From a virus, in the IMG/VR virus record IMGVR_UViG_3300045988_135485: 64,000 bases of DNA; one strand, given 5' to 3'. Positions within the stretch are counted from its first letter, which is position 1, and each line of letters opens with the position of its first letter. Shown in pieces: positions 1 through 9,247 of the stretch. A program made the position numbers and the translations under genes. The notes beneath the pieces were generated by a model that ran no database searches, was not told the origin of the DNA, and worked only from the letters and a program-made list of their open reading frames with translations.

Positions 1-333
1 AAGCAACCGGAAAACAACTCGGCTTAATGCGGCATAAAATAGACGCGTGAACCGGGTTATTTCCGTACACCATTAAAACAGAGCGAACGCAGCGCAATTG
101 ATCGGCGTGGGCATAATTTCCAGACTGGCAACTTGGTTGAAATACCGGGATTGTAGTAGAACCATTTACCAGATAAACTTGGTTTACTCCTGCGTCAGCC
201 GGAATCTCCTGCGCTAAGCAAAGACGAAAAACCTGCCCGTTCGTGAGCGTTACGTTTGGAATGGTTATGTTTAACTGCGTACCCGCAACCGTCATTGAGG
301 TTGTTTTAATTTTCAAAACTTCGCAAGTCATAT
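1..333 (-). CDS. hypothetical protein, partial (N-terminal 111 aa in window, continues past window start)
   Basis: Reverse strand ATG at 331-333 preceded by AAAGGA; open to window edge; not in ORF track because it is unterminated. GC about 48% here. Confidence 0.35.
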
Positions 334-356
334 TCTCTTGTCCTTTCACCAATCAA

Positions 357-947
357 TTAAGCCAAAACGTTTCCGCTGCAGCCGCAACCGCAACCATTCA
401 GGCCGGTAATGCCTAAACCGTTAATAATTGCAGCGTTCGGGCAAACAGCCCCTACACCGGTAACGTCAGGACGTTTCAACATCTGGCAGGAAATAGCAGC
501 CAGCTGTTTATCAACTTCACCAAACTTGCGGTCATTATACAGCTGATTTTCCAAAACCAGATTTTTACGCTGTGCCTCGGCCAGCTGATCGCGCAAGCCC
601 TGATATGCGTAGAAATCAATTTTTTCCGCAATCATACGAGAGTTTGCCGTATCATTTGCGCGGGTGAGGTTTGCCTGTTCTTCAACAAGATACTGCGTGC
701 GCGCCGAGTTTATAATTTCTTGTTTTTCTGAATTACAAATTGCTTTGTAATCTTCGAACCCAAGTCCATAGCCCGGTACGCCTACGCCGGTGGCGAAACC
801 ACTGGCCCAGTTCCCGCCGCAATTACCGCAGCTGTTACCAAACCAACCATTGCCGCAGCCGTTACGATTAAACAGAAACGCTACAACAATAAGGAAGAAC
901 AAGGCCAAAAAGCCAATGCCGCCCCAACTATAAGATTCTTTATCCAT
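357..947 (-). CDS. membrane protein: N-terminal TM helix, Gly/Cys-rich segment, coiled coil (possible i-spanin-like)
   Basis: 196 aa ORF. Hydrophobic stretch LALFFLIVVAFLF, repeats GCGNGWFGNSCGNCGG and C-terminal GCGCGCSG, heptad region. By hand count, 357-476 is about 54% GC versus about 35% in the early-gene block. Confidence 0.5.
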   Translation of the reverse strand: MDKESYSWGGIGFLALFFLIVVAFLFNRNGCGNGWFGNSCGNCGGNWASGFATGVGVPGYGLGFEDYKAICNSEKQEIINSARTQYLVEEQANLTRANDTANSRMIAEKIDFYAYQGLRDQLAEAQRKNLVLENQLYNDRKFGEVDKQLAAISCQMLKRPDVTGVGAVCPNAAIINGLGITGLNGCGCGCSGNVLA

Positions 948-974
948 AATCTTATCCTTTATTAAAGCCCGATA

Positions 975-1334
975 TTATTTGATCCGTTTCAGATTTTCCC
1001 TCAACCGATCCAACTCGCTGGCAGGGGCTTGTTCTGCCTGCGGGTTAAACTCTTTTGTATCATAAACACTTTCGGCCGTGTTTATGCCTTTCAATAAATC
1101 ATCTTTATTGCAGCCAAGTTTTTGGATTGCCCAACCCGCCAAAGGGTGATTTAATAACGATTTGGCTTTTTCAAAACTGGCTCGGTCAATACCTGCTTTT
1201 TGAAACACCTCTTGCGGATTATTTGAACCCTGCAAAATGTTCGTCGCAACATCATACGCCCGGCTTAACATCTGGGCTTTTTCGGGTTTTAAAAAGCGGC
1301 TCGCTACGTTCAGTATTAGCTGTTTGTTTAGCAT
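975..1334 (-). CDS. hypothetical protein
   Basis: 119 aa ORF in a minus-strand operon. Overlaps the next ORF, so the start is probably an internal Met. Confidence 0.4.
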   Translation of the reverse strand: MLNKQLILNVASRFLKPEKAQMLSRAYDVATNILQGSNNPQEVFQKAGIDRASFEKAKSLLNHPLAGWAIQKLGCNKDDLLKGINTAESVYDTKEFNPQAEQAPASELDRLRENLKRIK

Positions 1335-1662
1335 TGCTTTCTTTCTCCTCTAATTTTACGACTTTATCATTTAAGGCAGCCAAAGCGTTTGACATCTCCA
1401 ACATCATCGCTTGGGTGTCTTTTAAAACTTTCTGCGTTTCTTTGCTCATTTCTTCCGGCGTTTTAGGCTTTTCCAAAATGCCCTTATCATAAAGGATTTG
1501 CTCGTAATCCTTAGCCGTATCTATGGCTTTTTTGTATTCTTCATTCGTAACGCCGATTTGCTGATTAAAAGAATTATAAATTTTTCCGTTGCTCACAAAG
1601 CCGATAAAATTACTTTGTGTTGCGTTAATTTCCCGGTAATTAAAATTATTAAAATCTGTCAT
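1252..1662 (-). CDS. hypothetical protein
   Basis: Track ORF 1252..1734 trimmed to Met25 (MTDFNNF), which is preceded by AAGGGA. Confidence 0.45.
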   Translation of the reverse strand: MTDFNNFNYREINATQSNFIGFVSNGKIYNSFNQQIGVTNEEYKKAIDTAKDYEQILYDKGILEKPKTPEEMSKETQKVLKDTQAMMLEMSNALAALNDKVVKLEEKESNAKQTANTERSEPLFKTRKSPDVKPGV

Positions 1663-1806
1663 CGCTTGCCGTCCCTTTTTCAACAATATATTGCAAGAGG
1701 GCAAGCTGTAGTGTAGTAAAATAAAACATCGCAATCCCTCGCTTGGATTACGATGTTAGCAGATGTAAAACATTAGATACGCAAAAGTTGCGCGAAAATT
1801 AGGCAA

Positions 1807-2118
1807 TTAATCAGGTATGCTTTTAATGCTTTCCTCAATCAAGCCGACAGCAATCGCGTTAATTTTTTCAGAATTAGAATCAATTCGGCCGTCTAAAATC
1901 AGAAAGCCCGCGCACGCCAAAAACAGAACCGTCAAAAACGAAATAAGCCAGGTATACACCAAAACCTTAGCGTCCATGTGGACAATATTGACGTTTCGCG
2001 AATTTTTGATTTGCGCATTGCCGCAACTACTGTTTGTGTCCTTGCTGTAATGCTTACTCGTCGACGAGTTGCCGGAATTAAACCGATTCCCCGTCAAATT
2101 ACTGTTCTCGTTTTTCAT
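1807..2118 (-). CDS. small membrane protein (single central TM; holin-like candidate)
   Basis: 103 aa with hydrophobic stretch VLVYTWLISFLTVLFLACAGFLIL. Confidence 0.45.
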   Translation of the reverse strand: MKNENSNLTGNRFNSGNSSTSKHYSKDTNSSCGNAQIKNSRNVNIVHMDAKVLVYTWLISFLTVLFLACAGFLILDGRIDSNSEKINAIAVGLIEESIKSIPD

Positions 2119-2350
2119 TTTTAAAATCCCTAATCTTGTTTAAGACGTTCATAAAAATAGTGGTAACACTGCGCGGGCATTTTCCCACCTTTTCACTCAC
2201 GCCGTCGTTGTAATAATTCAGGCGCAAAAGAAATATGTTCAGCTCTTCATCGGTTAAATCAATGTCTGGAGATTTAAGAAGTTCAATAATTTTGCACTTG
2301 CGCATTTTTTTGAACTCGTTTGTTATATCCGATGTTTTACTACGTGGCAT
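2099..2350 (-). CDS. small HTH protein, sigma-70 region-4-like
   Basis: 83 aa with LTDEELNIFLLRL...GVSEKVGKCPRSVTTI pattern. A TATAAT box (2365-2370, reverse strand) sits 14 nt upstream of the start. Confidence 0.45.
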   Translation of the reverse strand: MPRSKTSDITNEFKKMRKCKIIELLKSPDIDLTDEELNIFLLRLNYYNDGVSEKVGKCPRSVTTIFMNVLNKIRDFKNEKREQ

Positions 2351-2423
2351 ATTTTTTACCTTAAATTATATGACAAATGAATTTTAAAACCTTTATTTGT
2401 TAAAAGTCAATCTATAAAAAAAT

Positions 2424-2447
2424 AACAGTCGTATAACGTCTATTATG
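2424..2447 (+). repeat. cassette repeat copy 1 (core ATAACGTCTATTATG)
   Basis: In frame it encodes SRITSIM, the same peptide as the fibre gene copy. Confidence 0.65.
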
Positions 2448-2849
2448 GGGACAGTTTATCCGGTCGGCAGCCTCTATTTTGGAACGCAAAGCACTTGCCC
2501 CCTTGCTGCTATTATTGACGGCTCTACGTGGGAAAAAGTAGGCTCGTCGCTGATTACTTCCGTTAACACAAGTGTCCCAGTCAAAGGAAACGGAAAAAGT
2601 ATGGGTTGGACAAACGGAGACGCAAATTTCGGTTGTTCGCAAGGTGATAATGGATACGGCTGGTTTTTCCCGAGCTTAACAAGTGAGGCATACGGTAAAG
2701 ATATAGGCGTTGTTCAAACAGGCAATGCAGGCACGCGTCCGTCAGGCAGTAAATTAATGGGTTTAACATCAGACGCAAATAATTCCGGTATTGTCGGAAC
2801 TGTTACACGGACGGCTTTAACAGTTAATATTTGGAAACGTACGGCATAA
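2445..2849 (+). CDS. tail-fibre C-terminal cassette (tail-collar-like receptor-binding module), promoterless and without ribosome-binding site
   Basis: 134 aa ending NIWKRTA. Its start codon lies inside the repeat ATAACGTCTATTATG. No Shine-Dalgarno sequence. Oriented opposite to the fibre gene. Confidence 0.5.
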   Translation: MGTVYPVGSLYFGTQSTCPLAAIIDGSTWEKVGSSLITSVNTSVPVKGNGKSMGWTNGDANFGCSQGDNGYGWFFPSLTSEAYGKDIGVVQTGNAGTRPSGSKLMGLTSDANNSGIVGTVTRTALTVNIWKRTA

Positions 2850-2862
2850 ATCCTAGCGTCTG

Positions 2863-2881
2863 ATAACGTCTATTATGAATA
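2863..2881 (+). repeat. cassette repeat copy 2 (ATAACGTCTATTATGAATA)
   Basis: 19/19 identical to the fibre-gene copy; encodes ITSIMN in frame. Confidence 0.65.
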
Positions 2882-3126
2882 GTTTTAAGCTTGATGTAGC
2901 TAAAAAACAGACAATAGAAAATTCCTTTACTGCCCCTTCTGCCGGTATATTATCTGTCATAAATACCGGCAAAGGGACTTATACTGTAACTATTGACGGG
3001 GTAGAAGTTGCAAGAAGTTTTTTCTACGATTCGCAAGATAAAACTTCAATAATTGTTCCTATCGGAGCCGGTCAAAAAGCAGAAATAACTTTTGGCGAAA
3101 AATATTTTATCCCTTATTCGTTTTAA
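2875..3126 (+). CDS. tail-fibre C-terminal cassette 2
   Basis: 83 aa. Start codon inside the second copy of the repeat. No Shine-Dalgarno sequence. Ends KYFIPYSF, resembling the current fibre end FYFIPED. Confidence 0.45.
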   Translation: MNSFKLDVAKKQTIENSFTAPSAGILSVINTGKGTYTVTIDGVEVARSFFYDSQDKTSIIVPIGAGQKAEITFGEKYFIPYSF

Positions 3127-3499
3127 ACTCTTCAAAAGTTTTAATCTGAATATCCGGGAAAGTAGGATCTTTTGTAATATCCCGCAAATACTGTTTATAT
3201 TGCAAAAGGTCAATAAAATCCTGCTCCGAATCGGTCGTTTCAATTCCAAGTATTTTTTGTTCCCGGTAACGGTCAAAACGCCAGTCAAGGCTTGACAACA
3301 TAAAATCTCTTGTTTCGCGTAAATCTGCTGCCTTTTCTTCTGCCGGCATTTTGCCCTTTAAATACCACCGGCCCGAAGTCCTGCACTGTTCAACATCGCC
3401 GGGAATAAATCCGTTTTCAGCTGCAAAATCTTCGCGGCCGCCAAAATATACTTGAACTTCGTTTTTTTCTTCATTTGTGATTTTATAAAACAACTGCAT
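3107..3499 (-). CDS. tfa: tail fibre assembly protein (Tfa/Mu U family)
   Basis: 130 aa. C-terminal LLQYKQYLRDI-type motif typical of caudoviral tail fibre assembly chaperones. Sits downstream of the fibre genes. Confidence 0.6.
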   Translation of the reverse strand: MQLFYKITNEEKNEVQVYFGGREDFAAENGFIPGDVEQCRTSGRWYLKGKMPAEEKAADLRETRDFMLSSLDWRFDRYREQKILGIETTDSEQDFIDLLQYKQYLRDITKDPTFPDIQIKTFEEFKTNKG

Positions 3500-3502
3500 A
3501 TT

Positions 3503-3781
3503 TTAAACTCCTTTACATTGAAATGTTATTGCGTTTCCGTAATCTGCGTGCGCTAAATTAAACGTTACATTTTTAGCTTGATAGCCCATAAAACTACCGT
3601 GTGAACTATCACGATTAACCTGCAATGAAGACGCGTATAAATATAAATCGCCATATTTAACGTGACTTGCACGATTTTTATTTAACCAACGGTCATTTGC
3701 CGTATCTACAGTATCGCCGTTTCCCTGGCTAACTCCTGTAAAATAATCAGGCTTTAAACAATAATTATCAATACTTGGCAT
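3503..3781 (-). CDS. hypothetical tail-fibre-associated protein
   Basis: Start MPSIDNY preceded by AAGGGGG. Ends ...QCKGV like the neighbouring 238-aa protein. Confidence 0.45.
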   Translation of the reverse strand: MPSIDNYCLKPDYFTGVSQGNGDTVDTANDRWLNKNRASHVKYGDLYLYASSLQVNRDSSHGSFMGYQAKNVTFNLAHADYGNAITFQCKGV

Positions 3782-3783
3782 AA

Positions 3784-4500
3784 TTAAACCCCCTTGCATA
3801 AAAATCTAATGTTGTTTGTGCCGCTCGTTCTAAAATATAAGCCCTCTTCAATAAACACTTGCGTTGATGGCTCTTGTGTTGCTGAAGAGACACCCTCGGC
3901 AATTGTTACAGCGTCGGACATATCCGATTTTGTAGCAATTTCGATTTTTCTCGTATTGCCGTAACTATTTAGCCATTGATCTTTTGTAGCGTAAATTATT
4001 TTATTTTGAGCAATCGAAAAACCGGTTGTATAATCAGGCATACGGACGAGCTTAAACCTGTTTTTATACGGAATTTTACCGTTTACAATTTTAGCATAGC
4101 AGCTGAAACCGGTGGCCATATTTGTAGTTTTCCACCACCAGCCTTTTGGAATCGGGAAAATACTACCGCCGCATGGATTCGATATGCCGGCCAAATGTTC
4201 CATATACATAATGCGAATTGTGTTATTTTCATTAAAATTACTATCCGGGCAAATATCACAAGTTTTAATTGCTTGGCTGGTACGGTTATTATAAAGGCAT
4301 AGGTAACCGTCGCCCAGAGTAAAGCTTGACGCAATGCCGTCTTGTATGCTTTCAGCCGTAGAAAAATCAGGCTGTTTTAAAAAGTCCGTATCTGGAACGG
4401 TTGAGGCATAAACAAGAGTTGAGCCTTTATAAATCTTTCCGATTTTAGTTTTGCCAAAATAAATATCCTCAATTTTTTTGCTCCCGATGTGAACTGTCAT
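3784..4500 (-). CDS. tail-fibre-associated protein (possible distal adhesin)
   Basis: Start MTVHIG preceded by GGAGGA. 238 aa ending ...LCKGV. Confidence 0.5.
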   Translation of the reverse strand: MTVHIGSKKIEDIYFGKTKIGKIYKGSTLVYASTVPDTDFLKQPDFSTAESIQDGIASSFTLGDGYLCLYNNRTSQAIKTCDICPDSNFNENNTIRIMYMEHLAGISNPCGGSIFPIPKGWWWKTTNMATGFSCYAKIVNGKIPYKNRFKLVRMPDYTTGFSIAQNKIIYATKDQWLNSYGNTRKIEIATKSDMSDAVTIAEGVSSATQEPSTQVFIEEGLYFRTSGTNNIRFLCKGV

Positions 4501-4501
4501 T

Positions 4502-6427
4502 TTAATCCTCCGGGATAAAGTAGAATGTATTTGCATTCGGGCTTGATGGCAAGCTTGCAACTACCTGTAACTTATTATTCATAATAGACGTTATGCGGCT
4601 GTTCACCCAAGCCGTCGTTGCAATTTTGGCAGAGGAATCTGCGGCGTCCGGAGGTGTAGGACAAGTCGCGTATTTTCTCCCGTCTTTAGTGCAAACTATT
4701 TGTAATAAGGCTGTAGAAGTACTATTATTTGCGGTTATTTGTGATAAAATATTCCCATCTTTCTCTTGATAAAACCCTATTTCTGAAATCCATTTATTAT
4801 TTTTATCAGAAACAAAAATCCTTGCTGATTCTTCAGCAGACGGATTCGTTGTTACGTCAATCTTAGTATGTTTAAAACCAAAACGCGGATTATTTGATTG
4901 TCCGGTTTTAACTCCGCTAAACGTTTCATCTCCGGAGCGGTGCAGAAGATTAAAATTTTGTGACGGGTCAGCAGCTCTCCCTGCTGTCATAATTGCTTGG
5001 TTGCTATAGTTGGTAGACGCGGCAGGGTGCGGGGCAGTTGCCCTTATGCCGTTATTATCATCTCTGTTTATCTGAATTGAACCAAGGATAGAAGAGCCAT
5101 CTTTAGACGCAACATACATTTGCATACAATCTAGATTGTCATCAGATTTATAATTTCGCAAACCACCAAGCCTAGTTGAACCGTCAGAAGTAAATTGAAC
5201 CTCTGTAGATGTATTGCCCGCTTTGTTTAATTTTATAGGGATACTTCCGTTAAGAACCTTTGTCCCTGTAATTGTTTCATTCCCTGTTCTATGGACAACA
5301 TTGGTAGATTTATTAGGGTCGTTGACCCACCCGTCAGTTGCAATAGAAGTACCTAATGTACTGGAACTGGCTGAAGGAATAGGAGCATAGGCTTTATCAG
5401 TTCTTAAAACAGAATAGGTTGTACTATTAGGGGTAACTCCTAGAGCTGTAATCGGCCATTTATTATTTTGAGTATTCGAATCATAGAAGGCCCCACCAAA
5501 AATAACTTCTCGGTTGCCGTTTGTTTCTTGTCTTCTAATTACACGCATTCCATCGGGCTTTCCGTCAGTATTGGTTGTTGTATCTATTATAATATCTTCA
5601 ATAGTTTCTTCTTTTTTTAATGAAGTAGAAGGAGGCATATTAGACCTGAATTTAGCAATCCCGTCAAAAACCTTCCTCCCGGTTATAGTCTGATTCCCTT
5701 GCAGGGCTACAAACGTACCATTGGCTTCCTCTTTGGTATAGTAGAGACCTAGATTAAGCTGGGCAAGAGCTTCGTTCAACGCGTCTTCAATATCTCCTAA
5801 GGCATTATTCACCGTTGTTTGTGCTAAATTTGCTGAAGCTTCGGCCGAATCCGCAAAGTCAGATGCTCTTTGTACTTGTACCTGTATCTGGGAAAGGGCC
5901 GTTTCAAGGGCGCTGTTAATACTGGCCAGTGCTGAAGAGGACGTACTTTGAATAAGTGCCAACACATCTTGAGCTTGAGACAAAACTGTCAAAGCATCTG
6001 CAAGCTGAGCTAAGAAAAATTCCGAAACCTGTTCCCCGTTCTTGTCCGAGGATATGGGGGTCTTTACACATCTGGACAATTCCTCTTTCAAGGTTTGCAT
6101 TTTACCTACTAAGAGTGAAAATACGCGGTCAAACGCGTCTTTATCCATTGCTCCACGATTATTGCCGGAATCGCTTACTTCCCAGTTAAGCGGTACAGCT
6201 CTGACTATTGTAACTACGGTATTGGTCGCTGGAGGGGTTGCGAATGTAACTGTATTAGCGGTAACATCAACAGTATATTCGCTTGTTTGTTTCTCCTCTC
6301 CAAGATAGACCAAAACAAATTCAGAGGAGATAAAACTAAAGTCGGCAGAGAAAACGGTCTTTTCTCCGTTTGCTATCTCCTGTAATCTGGGTAAAATATC
6401 CTCAATCGTAGAAATAGAACCGCTCAC
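4502..6427 (-). CDS. side tail fibre protein (Mu S/P2 H/lambda Stf-like)
   Basis: 641 aa with long coiled coil and repeated xTITGxKxF fibre repeats. Contains an in-frame copy of the cassette repeat 26 codons before its stop. Confidence 0.75.
   Translation of the reverse strand: MSGSISTIEDILPRLQEIANGEKTVFSADFSFISSEFVLVYLGEEKQTSEYTVDVTANTVTFATPPATNTVVTIVRAVPLNWEVSDSGNNRGAMDKDAFDRVFSLLVGKMQTLKEELSRCVKTPISSDKNGEQVSEFFLAQLADALTVLSQAQDVLALIQSTSSSALASINSALETALSQIQVQVQRASDFADSAEASANLAQTTVNNALGDIEDALNEALAQLNLGLYYTKEEANGTFVALQGNQTITGRKVFDGIAKFRSNMPPSTSLKKEETIEDIIIDTTTNTDGKPDGMRVIRRQETNGNREVIFGGAFYDSNTQNNKWPITALGVTPNSTTYSVLRTDKAYAPIPSASSSTLGTSIATDGWVNDPNKSTNVVHRTGNETITGTKVLNGSIPIKLNKAGNTSTEVQFTSDGSTRLGGLRNYKSDDNLDCMQMYVASKDGSSILGSIQINRDDNNGIRATAPHPAASTNYSNQAIMTAGRAADPSQNFNLLHRSGDETFSGVKTGQSNNPRFGFKHTKIDVTTNPSAEESARIFVSDKNNKWISEIGFYQEKDGNILSQITANNSTSTALLQIVCTKDGRKYATCPTPPDAADSSAKIATTAWVNSRITSIMNNKLQVVASLPSSPNANTFYFIPED
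4576..4603 (-). repeat. cassette repeat copy 3 inside the fibre gene (inverted relative to copies 1 and 2)
   Basis: Reverse strand AACAGCCGCATAACGTCTATTATGAATA encodes ...NSRITSIMNN, 26 codons before the fibre stop. Confidence 0.65.
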
Positions 6428-6469
6428 TTTAGTTACCTCCTCTGAAACTGTCCGATTTGCAGTTTTAGA

Positions 6470-9247
6470 TTACTTTAAACTAAATTGATAGTCAAGTGCT
6501 TTTAGAACATCCTCATCACTCATTATCTTTCCCCAGACCTCTTCTGGTAACCAATCTACTTCCGGAGCCTCGTCCAGTTCTATTTGACCGAGCGGAGCCT
6601 TTTCCTTGTCAAACGGCTCAAAAGTTCTTCCCATTGATACAGAAGAGTTAAGTTTACAAACCTTCATTAGCCAAGGTTGGTCACACATAACTCTCTTCAC
6701 TAGGTCTCTATACTCAAGAACAAATTTACAATCTACACTGGCTACAATCTCGTCATGAACCGGAACCATAATTCTTACTTGGTCTGGTGTCCATCTCTTC
6801 TCTATTTCCTGTTGTAAATTCCACATAGCCCTCTTCGCTAGTGCGGCCGCCGTCCCTTGTATCTTCGAGTTCACGGCCTGATTCCTAGCCCGGGTTTGGG
6901 TTAATTTTATAAACTTACGGAGAAAGTTACGAACTCCTTGACTATCGTATGCATTGAGAAATTTATTTCTCATAATTTCCGCCCACAGGTCTGTTGTCTC
7001 AAACTTAAACCGTCGGTGACCATCAGGAAGGTCCACATATCCATCCTGAATCGCCGAAGATATAACGCTTAATCTCCAGTTTTCCAGCGTGGAGAATTTG
7101 CTACGATAAGCTTCTACTTTATTCCAATGTTCATCATCTGACCAGCCTAATTTTTCCTGCAAATTAGACAAGGCTCCAGAATATAGATAGCTAAAATTAG
7201 CCCCTTTCCCCAGTTCTGTTCTCGCCCATTTATAAAATTTAGCTGGCTGTAGTTGTTCTCCTTTGGTATTTACCAGATGGACTCCTTTATACTCTTCAGT
7301 TCCTTCAGGAAGATGCTTTATTGCTTTAAAGTCCTCTATGGAAAGATTCAACATCGCAGCAGCGGCGGCTGAGTGAAGGTCTCCCGGAGGAGTTGTACTG
7401 TAACATTCCACGAACTCCGGGTCTTGCGAAAGTTCACCCGGAATCACTAACTCGACGGCTGACCAGTCAGAGGACATAATTACTTGCCTATCTGGATAGT
7501 CAGCGAGATAGAATCCACGAACATAAGTAGATTCTCCGCGTTTACTTAATTGCTGCGGATTCGGGTTAGACATACTCATTCTACGAGTAGCCAATGTGGA
7601 GGAAATGCTGGGATAAACTTTACTGGTTTCCGGGTCGGTTAAATATAAGTACGGATTTAAATATAGTTTACATACTTGGTCTACTTGAGTTAATTTATTC
7701 ATACAATTTAGCAGTCTTGCCTCAGGCGTATCTTCTTCGTAAGACTCCAGCATCTTTCCTCTGGAATCTTTTCCTGACTGAATTTTACCTTTAACCTTTA
7801 TAGCCTTATGTCCCATTAAATCATAATAAATAGTTCTGCTTGGCATATAATGTACAAGGTTAATAATTCCTTTATTAACTTTTAAGTCTACGTCTTCCGT
7901 ATATGACTTTGTGATACCCCCGTTAATTTGAAGGATTTGTTTCATTACTCCTTCCGGAGAATCGTCATAATCTGGGGCATAAGCAAAGTCTTTGATTTGT
8001 TGACGGTATTTTCTCCAGTTCTTTTGGTACCAGGTTTCTGACTTCATAAGTGCTTCATTCGGTTCGACAGGAAACGGGAGAAGCTGTCTGAAAATAGTTT
8101 TTATCTCTCTTAATGTGTGGGCAGCTTTTTTTCTTTCTTCGTCTCTCTTCTTATAAACAGCCTTCAGGTCTATGTTTAATCCATAAGACTGTATATTAGT
8201 AAAGATGTCAGCCATTTTGTTCTCTTGGATAAAGAAAGTATTCCAAGCAGATGGGCAATTTTCTTGAATAAAGTCATAGAGAGCTTTATAGAGTTGAACA
8301 CACCAATAGGAATCTGACGCACCATAAAACATAACTTCTTCTCCAGTTAAATGACCCATGTGTGGTTCCTCTTGGAAATAAGGTCTATATTGCAGATACT
8401 TTTTATCTTTCAAGACAATATTTCTTTTTTTGGCATATTCAGACTTAGCCAAACATTCGTCATAGTGTTCCATTCTATAACCAAAAAAGGATTCGACAGC
8501 TTGTTTCAATCCGTACCCGATGGAGATTGACTTCAAGAATCCGTTATAAGAATGCGCAGCCTCGCTTTGTTTTCCGCAAACTTGACCAACTAACTCAGCC
8601 TGTTGTGGATTCAACTCTTGGTAGCCATCCCAGTTCTCGAAAGCTTGCGAAATGGCTGGTAGTAATTTTCTTATCTCTCCCAAGTCAGCATTACAGAATT
8701 TATCAAAGGAATAGGAATCGGAAGAGTAGGCAGATACACATAACTGTAACGTATCTATGTAATTAAAAATCTCGTAGTTATAATACATACGCATCATAAC
8801 TTTTTCAAACTGTGCATTATGGATAATTAACGTATGTTTCTGCATTTCTTCCATAAGAGAATAAATAGTTTCCCAAGCTAGTCTGTTCTCCATATCTCTC
8901 TGGTTAAGATTTATATAGTAACAAAAAGTATCTCCTTCTGGATAAATAGAAAAACCTGTAACTACTGTACGTCTAATATCAAAAACATTCTTACCAAGAG
9001 AATTAAATTTCTTTATTCCTTCATGAGCGTTCCCATTATGTGTTTCCAAATCGAATCCGGTGTATGGAGCTGTTTTTACTTTCTCAATAAGAATAGGAAG
9101 AAAGAAATCTATGTTACGCCTATCTACAAGAATTGTCTGTATGTCCTCAGTCCTATAATTCTTTAAGTTAATTGTCTTTAACATCACCCTTCTCCACAAG
9201 TTTCCAATGATACCCTCCAGTCCTGTAAGCTCTTTTATTGCAGACAT
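6470..9247 (-). CDS. polA: DNA polymerase I family (3'-5' exonuclease plus Pol A domains)
   Basis: 925 aa. Exo I motif FDLETHN; Pol A motif A DWSAVELV; motif B RTELGKGANFSYLYSG; motif C VHDE. Confidence 0.9.
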   Translation of the reverse strand: MSAIKELTGLEGIIGNLWRRVMLKTINLKNYRTEDIQTILVDRRNIDFFLPILIEKVKTAPYTGFDLETHNGNAHEGIKKFNSLGKNVFDIRRTVVTGFSIYPEGDTFCYYINLNQRDMENRLAWETIYSLMEEMQKHTLIIHNAQFEKVMMRMYYNYEIFNYIDTLQLCVSAYSSDSYSFDKFCNADLGEIRKLLPAISQAFENWDGYQELNPQQAELVGQVCGKQSEAAHSYNGFLKSISIGYGLKQAVESFFGYRMEHYDECLAKSEYAKKRNIVLKDKKYLQYRPYFQEEPHMGHLTGEEVMFYGASDSYWCVQLYKALYDFIQENCPSAWNTFFIQENKMADIFTNIQSYGLNIDLKAVYKKRDEERKKAAHTLREIKTIFRQLLPFPVEPNEALMKSETWYQKNWRKYRQQIKDFAYAPDYDDSPEGVMKQILQINGGITKSYTEDVDLKVNKGIINLVHYMPSRTIYYDLMGHKAIKVKGKIQSGKDSRGKMLESYEEDTPEARLLNCMNKLTQVDQVCKLYLNPYLYLTDPETSKVYPSISSTLATRRMSMSNPNPQQLSKRGESTYVRGFYLADYPDRQVIMSSDWSAVELVIPGELSQDPEFVECYSTTPPGDLHSAAAAAMLNLSIEDFKAIKHLPEGTEEYKGVHLVNTKGEQLQPAKFYKWARTELGKGANFSYLYSGALSNLQEKLGWSDDEHWNKVEAYRSKFSTLENWRLSVISSAIQDGYVDLPDGHRRFKFETTDLWAEIMRNKFLNAYDSQGVRNFLRKFIKLTQTRARNQAVNSKIQGTAAALAKRAMWNLQQEIEKRWTPDQVRIMVPVHDEIVASVDCKFVLEYRDLVKRVMCDQPWLMKVCKLNSSVSMGRTFEPFDKEKAPLGQIELDEAPEVDWLPEEVWGKIMSDEDVLKALDYQFSLK

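Noticed and set aside
6470-9247. Intein or intron inside the DNA polymerase gene
   Set aside because: The ORF is uninterrupted and all Pol A motifs are colinear. The HNH gene is free-standing upstream, not internal.
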